A stretch of 64,000 nt of DNA from Saccostrea cucullata (lineage: Eukaryota): contig NW_026927632.1 of the NCBI RefSeq assembly GCF_032062105.1, forward strand, positions 186,001 to 250,000, given 5' to 3'. The position numbers were made by a program, and so were the translations under genes. This document shows, piece by piece, positions 40,404-52,086 of the stretch. The notes under the pieces are model-generated. The model searched no databases. It was not told the DNA's origin and worked only from the letters and a program-made list of their open reading frames with translations. Position 1 is the first letter of the stretch. The number at the start of each line of letters is the position of its first letter.

Positions 40404-42184
40404 ATGGTGAGTAGTACTGCTGCAGCCATTTTGTATTGAATCTATTTTTTTACTTAATTTCTCTACGATAAAATGTAATATCTGTAGTCATCTGAATTAA
40501 TTATATAGCATAATTTATACATTGTAACTTTATCAGCAAATTCTCTTTGAGAAAAGTATATACATGATATATCTTCGACATCTTTCTGTTCAATGTCGCG
40601 GAGGAGACTCTCGCTAGAATTCATTAGTTCTGAAGACATGTTGTCTTTTAATCTTAGTTGTTTCTTTTATATCTAATCGAACTTATTTTAGTTTTTGTAT
40701 ATGTTTATAAGTGTACTATCAATTCTTTCATTTAAAAAAAAAATCCCTAACATTGTTTACTAGCTTGTTTTATAATATGATCTTATGTCAGAGAGGATGA
40801 GGAACTGAACATCACTTCTTTTCACTGTTTCAGGAAAACAACTTCTAGTACATATGTATATTTTTGTTGATACCGTATGTTACATTGCTTTGCTCTAATA
40901 TGGAAAATTTTGAAAAAATGAGGATCTAGTAGAAACAACCTACTATTAGATAAAATTATTTTCAATAAATGAAAAAATCTCATCAAAATCGCCTTAAACA
41001 TAAAAATGCTCTTTGGCAAAATAAAGCAAATCTACATATTTAAAAATCTAGAACTGTAAAATACATTTTACACACATGCTGTCCTCATCCACAGATCCAG
41101 ACATATATATATATATATTATTTTTTTTTGGGGGGGTATATTTTTTCGGGGAGAGATGGGTGGTCCTATATCGTTAGATTTTTTTTATTTTCAAAAATAA
41201 TAGTACACATGTACATGATGTAGTTTAGCTTGTTCTTCTGAGAAGTGGTGGAAATTACTATCTTTTTGATTGTACTAAAAATTAATAGTATAGTTATACT
41301 AATAAAGAACTTAAAATTTGTGTTTCTATTTCCTATACCTATTTTGATGTTATATACAGTAAAACCTGACTAATCCGACATGCACTGGGAGACGATTTTT
41401 GTGGCGGAATAGACAGGGTGTCGGATTGTACAGTGTAATTAATCTACAGTACTATAATTGTATTACAGAAGACGTTTTATCTGTACGCTGTCCTGACCCT
41501 GGCACTCGTCCTTGGGGCCCAGTCCTCCGCTCAGTGGAGGGTGACGGACTTCCCTCACCCCGTGTATCAGTCCAAACAGTGCGGTATGAAGGAGTCCTCC
41601 TGGATATGTGACCCCAACGGCATTATCTCCTCAGCCGACGGTAAGGGATGGGACGTTTTTATCGAAAACACAGATTTCTAGCTAGCTCCAATTTAATAAT
41701 ACATGTGTATAGGAATAAAACATTATTGTGTAAATACAACACTTATTGTATTTTTTGAATCCGTCTCAAGGTTATGTAATTTTTTGTGCCTTGTTCTCCA
41801 TTGGAAATTAATGCTTTACGGTGAACAGTGATTGACTTCGTTGTCTGTTTTTAATATGCAGCTGAAGCTTTACAAGAAATGGTTCGGGATACATACGAGT
41901 CCACTCAGTGTCCGTGTTCTGAGTGCGCAACCAATAACCAGGGGTATCCCATAATGGTGGCCATAATGCCCCGGATGTACAGAATTGTAAAGTAGGTAAA
42001 ACACATGTGTTAATTATACATCATGGAAAATTCTATAAGGGGCTTAAAGGGGGATGCATCTTATCCACCACCCCTTCCGAGATTTCTCGGAAGTATTCAT
42101 TTAGTAAAGTAACAAGAAATTACCATGAACCCCTTTTCCATAAAATAAATGGTATAAAGAGTCGTACAATATATAAAGGAACAG

Positions 42185-42226
<42 letters not shown>

Positions 42227-43290
42227 GTAAAGTGAATATACTAGTAGTTTATCCTCAGCTATTCTTGCAATTTAAATTATTGTATATTTGTTCTAATTGT
42301 ATATTTATGTGTTTTTCTTTTCTGTTTTAGCCGGTCCTCTAACGTCCAGGACGTGCTGTATGATGCTCGTGTGTACGCCTACTACCTCAGTATGTTCTGG
42401 AATGTCACCACATGTGACACAAATACACTGGTCCTGTACTCCAGAGATGACGACATCGTACGTTATGGCCTGTAGCAATGGTTTTTAGGGGAGGGGGGGG
42501 GGGGGCATAAAAAAGTTGACAAGTAAAATAAAAGTGAAAAATAAACTTTATACACTCTAACACCCTATGTCGTGGGTTGGATGTTCCTCTGTAAATTTTT
42601 CAACATTTCTTTTTTTTTCTTTCAAGTGATGAAATTATCATCTGTACAGCAACAAATAATGGAAGCAAGATGTTATCAAATCAAAATTTACAAATAAAAA
42701 CTATGGCATGCAAAAGAGTGTGCCCAGAAACTTTTTTGATAACAGAGTGAAAATTAATGCATTAATTCTATGAAAATCTTTTGGCTACGATCCTGGGTAT
42801 AAGCATACAAACAAAGTGTATGCTAATAATACCCATGGATGCTTTCTCATTAACTTCAAATTCTTTTTTATTGCAGACGTACATTATGACATGGAGAAAT
42901 GCACGTGCACTTCTGGATGACACCAAAGTGCAACAAATTACCCTCAAGAACCGGTTTTATTTTGATGATGCTACCAATCAGGCGGAAATTGGAAAAGGAC
43001 TTAAGAATGTTGTATTGGATATAAGGTAAAGGTCGATAACTGTACAGGAGTCTGTTCCTGATGAAAAGTATCAAGAATTAACTTAATTAAAAACCTACAT
43101 ACATACACATGTCAACTATATTTTTAATATACCGATCGATGTATGGTAGAGTGCTAAAAATGCTTACACTTGTATTGATTATCAAGAAAGAAACTACTTC
43201 GAACACTTGTGATGTTTAATGTTGTGTTTCTTTTTATACAGTGAGGTGTTCAAGGCAAAGGCTCCACGTCGAGGTAGCACCAGAAAGTGA
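40404..43290 (+). CDS. Secreted MOLO-1/TPM-domain-like protein, 209 aa, 6 exons
   Basis: Exons 40404-40406 (ATG only, then gtgagt), 41469-41640, 41862-41991, 42331-42457, 42877-43025 and 43242-43290; phases are consistent (630 nt). Protein: signal peptide MKTFYLYAVLTLALVLGAQSSA, then QWRVTDFPHP...CGMKESSWICDPNGIIS...CPCSEC...IMVAIM...FWNVTTCDTNTLVLYSRDD...IGKGLKNVVLDI. The W..FP.P..C...WICDP pattern is typical of the MOLO1 family. Confidence 0.8.
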
Positions 43291-44419
43291 TGGAGAAATT
43301 GAATGTTCTGACAATTTAATTCATTTTTTTAAAACGTGCAACTTTTTTCATGGGAACTGTTGAATTAATACCGGTCTTTAACTAACTGCAAACTTTTCTT
43401 ACAAATGATTTTTCAACATTCAATCATAAAAAAAAAACTTGTGTGAAAGTTTGGGTAACTATCAAAAGATTGTTTTATGTAACAGTTTTTGTATTACATT
43501 GATGTTCTTATTATTCAAATCTTGAAAGGAGAGCGGGTAGATTTTTACCTGGAAAGGTGGGAAACGAGTTACGATGCATGGTTTCCCTCTTTTGACTATT
43601 CATCACAAATCATGTTCAAGTCAGAACTCGGGAATATTTGGGGGTATTAAATGTCAAGTTGAAATAAACTCAATTTCAAGAGGCGCTTCAGTATGTTGCA
43701 TAATAAGGTATAGTGATACAATGTATGTACTATAAAAGGTAAATTAAATATACAATTATGAAATGATGCACAAGTCATACAGTAACTCTCGAACCCTGGG
43801 ACTAGAACTGGTAAAACTTGATGCCGTTGACAATGACCTTGCTTGAAACATATTCAAAATTTTGGGTTGATCTCGATAGGCAAAGAGATGGTTTTATCAC
43901 ACTGGTATCAGGGTTCCTAGTTATAAGACTGCATTTTACCAAATCAACAGTACTGAGGGAACCAATGAGATTGCTTCGAGGTCACGTGATGGTCAGTGCT
44001 TTGAGGTTCCTTTGTTTACGAAGACGTGCATCCTCATCTCTGTGGAATTTATTAACTTTTAAAGTCATTCTGACTTTGTTTGCTCGCCATTGAATGCGTT
44101 AAAACTTGTGGAATAGTTACAGAACTACTAAGAACATTTTACTAGAGTGGTATAATTTCTGTAAATACAGAATGCCACGATCCGCGAGGCGGGAGGTTGA
44201 TGCTGCCATTGTTGAACCCCATTGTGGGCCAGGCACTGCTTTATCTCATATACCCAATTCTGGGTTTGAGAGTTCTGAAAATACAGAGCCCAATTTTGGG
44301 ACAAAGACGCAGTCGAAAACCAATTTTGGATCTTTTCACATAGCTGACTGCGAAATTGGAGAATACGTAACAGAATATCCAGCACCCATGCTTCTGAATC
44401 GGGATCGGAATGTCAAAAA

Positions 44420-45492
44420 ATGACGACTTCCGGCAAAAACAAAAACAATGCAGCTGGAGAAATGATGCCATCGGCATTGGAGACATTTCTCATGAAACAA
44501 ACTGAGTTAATGCAGCAAATGATGGTTAATATGAGCCATGTGCCAAAAATAAGCCAGCCAACGGCAACCATAACTAGACCACTGGACGAAAATGAAAACA
44601 ATTCATACTCAATCGCATTATACAAGGAAAATTCATACTAGACAAAATAGCTGATCATTATTTGAGATCAAACTGAAGAACCGGATGCGCAATCGAGGAT
44701 GATATTATAGAAGAAAAGGACTCTGATGACTTACTTTCTTCTATGGAATTATTCTATAAACAGGAAGAAAAATGTTCTGGTAAAATTGAAGACAGACTAG
44801 CAAAAATTGTAAATGATAGCATGAGGACACGTATTGGAGAAACAAAAAAGAAAGACTTACTGGCAAAACACATGAAACCACAGAACTGTGAGAAAATAAC
44901 AGTCCCAAGAATTAACAAGGGCATCTGGTCAAGCCTACCAAGGAAAGCACGGGACCAAGACTTAAAATTACAACACATACAGAGTACTATGTGTAAAACT
45001 TTTTATCCATTGATACACTTAATGGACAAACTTCTGAAAGCACAGACAGCGAAACAGGGACTTGCACAGACAGATGTTACAGACTGTTTTGCTCTGTGCA
45101 ATGACACTTTCAAACTTTTACAACTGGGGTTCTCGGAGATGTCACAACGAAGAAGATTGTCACTCAGACCTGAGCTGTCTAACGAGTACAAGGCATTATG
45201 TGCAGCAGAAATCCCTGTCACAGATCATTTGTTTGGGGACGAACTAGAGAAACAAATCAAAGAAATAACGGATGCCAAAAAAGTCAGCAGGAAAATCACT
45301 GACAAACACAACCAGTCTCAGCGATACTCCCCCATTTATTCAAATTTCAAGAACCGTTACACACAGAACAGGCAGAACAGCTTTAAGTCTCCATCTTATG
45401 GACGACATACAATGAACAGGAACAACACCACCAAGAGCTCTTTTTTAGAGAAGCGACAGTTCCAAAAATTTCAACGGAACAAAAAAGAATAG
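44420..45492 (+). pseudogene. DIRS gag-like ORF1 (interrupted; main piece 44743..45492)
   Basis: PQNCEKITVPRINKGIW...DLKLQHIQ...RRRLSLRPEL...HLFGDEL pattern of DIRS ORF1. Stops and frameshifts lie between 44641 and 44743. Confidence 0.75.
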
Positions 45493-45530
45493 AACAAAAC
45501 CCTACAACTGTAAGTACTGATACAAGAAAC

Positions 45531-47271
45531 ATGAGACTGAAAAATAACCCTGACAATTTTGTGGGGGGAAAAATTTCTTCATTCAGAAATAAATGGTCAG
45601 AGATCACCTCTGATCCCTGGACTTTAAATGTTGTATCAGGTTATGAAATTGAACTTGCAAGTGAACCCTTACAAAAATTGGTTCCAAGGAACATAAAATT
45701 TTCTATGGCTGAGGAAGAAGGTCTAGATAGGGAAATTTCTAAATTCTTAGATAAAAACATAATTGAAAAAGGGAATGATTTTTATTGTGATCAGTATATA
45801 TCAACAATCTTTCCTCGTGAGAAAAAAGATGGCTCAATCAGTATTTTGAATTTGAAAAAATTTAATTCAGAAGTAGAAACACATTTTGGACACATTTAAA
45901 CGATGGACACATTAAAATCAGCTATAACCTAATGAAACAAGACTGTTGGTTTGCTTCCATACCTAAAAGATGCCTATTATTTTAACAAGGGCAGACAGAA
46001 AATATCTGATTCATGTGGAAAGATAAGGACCCATGGGATTATCTACATCCCCACGAGTGTTCACAAAACTTTTGAAACCAGTTCTTTCACAACTGAGAAA
46101 ATTGGGTCATTCAATAGTGTGCTACATAGATGACTGTTTGCTACAGGGTGATTCATTGTAAAAACAACATTGTTAGACACAGTAACACTTATGGATAATT
46201 TAGGACTAACAGTTCATTTCCGGAGAAGTCAATATTTGTTCCAATATAGAATTTTTGGGATTTTTATTGAATTCAGAAAAAATATGTGTCAGTAACTTGT
46301 GAAAAAGCAGACAAAATTGTCCTACTGTGCAAAAAAGTTCTTAGTAAAGTTGAAATCTCTATCAGAGACTTTTCACAAATCATAGGAAAATTGGTTGCAT
46401 GTCAGCCAGGGGTCCAGTTCGCACCATTATTTTTGAAAGACTTAGAACATGAAAAAGAACAAGCATTAAAATGTGCTAAAGGTGATTATGATTCAGTTAT
46501 CAAAATATCAGAATCAGCACGAGACATCTTATCATGGTGGATTAACAATCTCCACACAAGTCTCTACCCTATCAATAGACCCGAACCACATGTGGTGTTA
46601 GAGAGCGATAGTTCAGGCTTAGGATCTACTCCAAGGTGACTCTTCAAGCAGGGGGACAAACAGAACAGCAAAACCACATCAATTATTTGGAACTGTTAGC
46701 TGGGTTCTTGACCTTAAAAAGTTTTTGCTCTATCATGAAAGACTGTCATATAAAACTGTGCATGGACAATACAGTAGCTGTCTCCTACTTGCAAAATATG
46801 GGAGGGACATTACACAACTTGGCACGAGAAATTTGGCTTTGGTGTAAACGTCGAAATATTTGGTTAACTGCATGTCACCTTCCTGGTAAGAAAAATTATG
46901 AAGCAGACAAACTCTCAAGAAACTTATCTAAGGATATGGAATGGATGTTAGACAAGACTGTATTTCAAAATATTTGTGAACAGCTTGGAACCCCTGACAT
47001 TGATTTATTTGCTTCCAGAATCAATACACAGTTGACTACATATGTGTCATTTTTACCAGACCCTACAGCAATTGCTGTAGATGCTTTCAGCTTTGCATGG
47101 ACAGATGATAAACTATATTATATGTTTCCTCCTTTTAGCTTGTTGGGAAGAGTCATTCAAAAGGTAGAGACAGACAGATGCAAAGCAGTTCTGGTGGCAC
47201 CTCTTTGGACAACTCAGCATTGGTTCACAAAATTACTCCAATTACTGGTGGAACCACCTATTCTAATTTAA
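45531..47271 (+). pseudogene. DIRS pol: reverse transcriptase, RNase H and Dam-like methyltransferase domain (frameshifted)
   Basis: RT: FPREKKDGS..ILNLK, PMGLSTSPRVFTK, CYIDD (~46120). RNase H: LESDSS, HINYLELLA, MDNTVAVSY, HLPGKKNYEADKLSR. MT: DLFASRIN, AVDAF, YMFPPFSLL. Several frameshifts. Confidence 0.88.
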
Positions 47272-47299
47272 GCGACATCATCTATTAACTCTTCCCATT

Positions 47300-48250
47300 C
47301 CACTGTCAAAAATGCGACTTTTTGTGTGCAAAATATCAGGGAGAGCCTCAGACAGCAAAATATATCGGAGGACATTGCAGACATTTTGCTGTCATCTTGG
47401 AGACAATCCACACAACAACAATATACGTATTTCCATAAATGGATGCTAAAAAATCAATTAATACATTTCAAGCATCTGTAAATAATGTTTTAGAGTTCTT
47501 ATTACAATTGTACAACAGTGGATTAGGTTATAGTGCTGTGAACACAGCAAAGTCATGTATTTCTTCAGTGTTTGAAATTATTAATCCAGAAACTAGTCTT
47601 GGTAGCAATAGTTTGATTAAAAGAATGAAATATTTAATAAAAGACCATCATTGCCTAGATATGCATGTCATGGGATGTTTCATTAGTTTTAAATATTTGA
47701 AAACTCTTATTCCTGTAAATACTATTAGTCACTTTTGAGTTGGAAGTTAGCTATGTTGATTGCTTTATTGACAGGACAAAGATGTCAGTCTTTACATCTG
47801 ATAGATATTAGAAATATTTTCATATGCAATGATTTTGTAAAAATTCATTTCGGAGACTTGTTAAAACAATCCAAACCTGGCAGTCATTTACAACCTATTG
47901 AACTTGTGCGATACAAACAAGATGAACGCTTATGTGTAGTGAAAACTTTACATTATTGTACAAAATCTTTGCGTGGCGAAGAAACACAGCTGTTCGTTAG
48001 CACCATGACACCTCATCAAAAGATTTCCAAACAGACAATTAGCAACTGGATAAGGACTGTGTTAGAAAATTCTGGTATTAATGTAAAAATGTTTAAGGCT
48101 CACAGCACACAGCATCAATGAGTGCTGCAAAATCCGCAAATGTACCAATTACGACCATTTTGAATGTTGCCGGTTGGAAATCAGATTGTACATTTCGCAT
48201 ATAATAAGCCATGTAGTGAAGAAAAAGTGAATGTAGGAAATATTATTTTG
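47300..48250 (+). pseudogene. DIRS tyrosine recombinase (frameshifted)
   Basis: GLGYSAVNTAKS, LIALLTGQRCQSL (catalytic Arg), FKAHST (H-x-x-R region broken by a frameshift), and ILNVAGWKS in the next frame. Confidence 0.85.
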
Positions 48251-51075
48251 GAAAATTATTCAAAGTCATGAAATCCAATTGTGTCGCTTTTGTTTTAAAA
48301 TGTCAATACATCATCATGTTAAATGCATGTTTATGTTTTATTTAGCTAGTCGAAAATAAAAGTTAACTGTTTGCATTTGTTTTTAATATATACAATACAT
48401 TTTGAATCCTTGGAAGTATTGTCTCTAAAATCTCATTGGTTCCCTCAGTACTGTTGATTTGGTAAAATTAGAAAATTAAATGAATATTACTTGTAAGATG
48501 AAATTTGATTATAATTTTACCAAATCAACTTAGTACTGAGGGATCAAATGCCCATCCCATACCCACCCTTTGTATATGGGATGCTGGAAATCATCTAAAT
48601 CAAAATGGATATTATCATTATTTTTACCTCAATACTTCCAAGGATCTCTGAATACTGACCATCACGTGACCTCGAAGCAATCTCATTTGATCCCTCAAGT
48701 TGATTTGGTAAAATTATAATCAAATTTCATCTTACAAGTAATATTCATTTAATTTTCTAATTATAACAAATATAGTTTGTGGTGATAGATCTCAGTTTTG
48801 GACACAAAGGCTGTGGCTTGCGACGATAATCCAAGCCATATCTTGGTAACCCTTCAGTAAAATAATACAATTATTAAAACTGTTAATATACTAGTGTAAT
48901 AGGGTCCGAAGACTTCAGTGGATGTCAAATCTTAAATCTAGTGTCATTAATGTACATGTCAATGGTGCTGACAAGGGGGATATATCATGTAGAAAGGCAG
49001 TTAAATCTAGCTGGCTTTGTCAATTTATGAAATGTGCAGACAACAAAAAGTAATATTTAAACAAATAATACAAATTATTGAGAGCGGAGTAAACATCGGT
49101 GGTGGTTTTGGGTGCCATAGAAAATACACTGTAGCTTGGCCGACCGGTTACGGTGTAAACTCGCCGTGAAACCTTGCTTTGTTTTGATTGGGTAAAAAGG
49201 AATAAACCGTCACGGTAGACAAATCATTTTTTAAATACTAGTAAACGTCATATCAACTCAAAAATCGGTCGATAAAGGCCATTGTGTTGACCAAAGGTGA
49301 AATATTCACTTAAAACGTGACGGTTGATACCTTGCTGCTTCAACTTGATTGACAATAGACCACCACCTTAGTTTAGATATCGTTGGTACATGTACACCGA
49401 GAACATGATCTATGACTTGTGGATTGAACCAATCGTGATCAGATAAGTATTATACACGTGATGATAGTATTTTTTGCTATATTTATTATTAAAAGTTAGT
49501 ATACATAAATAAGTAAAGGATGTTTGCAATAGAAAAGTTGTGGAAGACATCATGTTATTTTTCAATTTTAGTCGTTATAGTTTGCCATTATTTTCTTTCT
49601 TCGGTAACATTCATCCATGAAACAGTGCACTTAATTTTTGTGTGTGCAATAAATATACATTTTTTTCTATGGATAGAGCTGTAGTAGCTATCATCGAGCT
49701 ACAGACTTAATTTACCATATACACTGTGCTTGAGATCAAACTTCCGCTATATAGGTGCCGTTTTATCAAACCTATCGATGCAGAGGACTATGATAATATG
49801 GGTAGTTTGACAATGAGATCATACAGTCATACACTTTTTAATATCCTACATGATATAAAGTAATCCGAGACAGCAATCGTTTGTCATTTAATTATTTTTA
49901 AAAAATGTCAAGGTGACCTTAAGTTTGTATCTTTAAGAATATACAATAATTATATATGTTTGTGCAAAGAAATATTTTCAATCATATGAAAATTAAATAG
50001 TGACCAATGTATGTATGAACATTTGTTTTTATCGCTAAAATGAGCCTAAAGTTGAATTCTGAGAAATCGAAGCGGAAGCCAGAGAGGACATATATTTTTA
50101 CACACTCCGTCTATCAGTCTGCCGTAAGTAATAAAGGTCTTGCTTTATGATGATAAATGTTCTTTTATATATAATATTTATAACTAATAATATAAAACGT
50201 ACGGTACATAACTTGCTGATATATCCACTTTTAAAAGGATTTGTCTTGGTACAGAGAGGAATCATGATCCCCAATGGGCTTTTAAAGTGATCAAAGTTAA
50301 AATTCCATTGCATTAAAATTGGATACACCAAATTAAAATCTCCATGTGCAGAATAGGATTTTGTAATTTGGTTAACATAGTGAGGAATGGACTCATACTT
50401 CATTCAAGTTTATATGGTGAACTGATATATAGTCAGCCTGTTTATCTCAAAAGTATGGAACGCCGTCACTGCCTTATAGCAGAACACTACTATTGCACTG
50501 TGTCAACCTTCCATTGACATTTTATTATACTTTCATGTTTACTAAAATCTTTCGGTTTACACGCAGTTAACAATCCGTTCGATTACCCTGAGCCTTAGCA
50601 ACACACGTGACAACGGGTAACACAACGGTAATGCCACATGCGTGGAAATTGTGCGCGTACGGTTCACCGTAGAATTCTCAAAACTTAGTTGCGCGTTTGA
50701 AAGAACCGGTTTTGACGTCAATAAAGCTGTCCGATATAGCTTACTTGAAAACAACAAACGACAGACGATACATGCTTGCGAGTGTGAAACATGCTTTAAC
50801 TGAAACTTTATATGATAAATGACTCTAATTCGAGTATCAAACAAACAATAAGGAGATTAGTGAACCGGTGAGTTGAAAGCAGATATACATGAACGTAAAG
50901 ACGATCGACGTTTTTTTTTGTCCTAAAGCAATAAGACATTCAGTATAATAAGATTAATGGTGCCTGTGTAGGGTAACATTTGAAATTGCCCCAAAACTCG
51001 TCAACCTCCGCTGACGCGTCGGTTGACAATGGTTTTCCTTGGGGTGTCAACAATATTAGGAGAAACATTTATATA

Positions 51076-51340
51076 ATGTCAACTCTTTATGACATTAACC
51101 CACCCTACTATTGCATTGTGTCAACCTTCCATTACATTATGTCAACTCTTTATGACATTAACCCAACTATTGCATTGTGCCAACCTTCCATTACATTATG
51201 TCAACTCTTTATAACATTAACCCACACTACTTTTGCATCGTGTTAACTTTCCTTTACATATATCAACTCTTTATGACATTTACACATACTACAATTTTAT
51301 TTCGTCAACTTGCATTTCGTTATGTTTACTTTTCATGACA
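51076..51340. repeat. ~60-bp tandem repeat, ~4 decaying copies, with an internal GTCAAC sub-periodicity
   Basis: atgtcaactctttatgacattaaccc...ctattgcattgtgtcaaccttccattacatt at 51076, 51139 and 51198; an isolated related copy at ~50490-50540. Confidence 0.8.
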
Positions 51341-52086
51341 ATCTTAGTCTTTATTAACTGATGTGAAAAGCTATGCCATACTGTGCGCACTCTTCTACAT
51401 TATGTCGATTCACTATTACGTTATGCGAACGCGGGTATCCTCGGCCTTTATATGAGCATAACGTATTTTCAGCGTTCCGCAAGCACTAAACTGGCGGGAG
51501 AGAAAACTGTCGTAGAAGAGATTCTCAGCGATTTCGGAATGACATCTTTAAATGAAAACTTTAAGCGACAAATGATTGACAATCTTGAAACATGCAAAGC
51601 CTTAACACTGCGACTGTGAATTAAAGTCACGTCGAAATTCAATGGTGTTTACTTTAATCTGATAATTAAATAAATCAAATATTATGAGTAGTGCAGCAAT
51701 CATTTTTTCTTTTTATTTTGAATTTTTTTTTTTTTTTTTTTTTTTTTATAAAAGTATTAAAATTTGTAGGAAATTGCATTAGTTTAACATTAAGTTTAGC
51801 TGAATTAGTTGAAAACTTTTTTCTATAAAACTATAAAGCCTGAGAGCTTCTCCGCTTTCCGCCCTTGGTCTCCAACCATATACCGTCCCCCTTCCTTGCA
51901 TTGCCATTTTAAATTATATTTTACTTAAAACCATTTTTTTCCAATCTTTTCTATTAAAGCATTTAAAGTTATAAGGTTTACTAGCTCAATTTATTGGTTT
52001 TAAAAGTACGAAAGCCAATAGAAAACAGGCTAATGATGTGGAAGGCAATTTGTGTCAAGAACAAACAACAGAGTGACAACCCTTAC

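Larger units (their letters stand above)
43934..48762 (+). mobile_element. DIRS1-type tyrosine-recombinase retrotransposon, structurally full length with decayed coding regions
   Basis: Left ITR 43934-43997; right ITR 48654-48713 plus an extension to ~48760; internal complementary region 48429-48550. Domain order is gag - RT - RNaseH - MT - YR. Confidence 0.93.
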
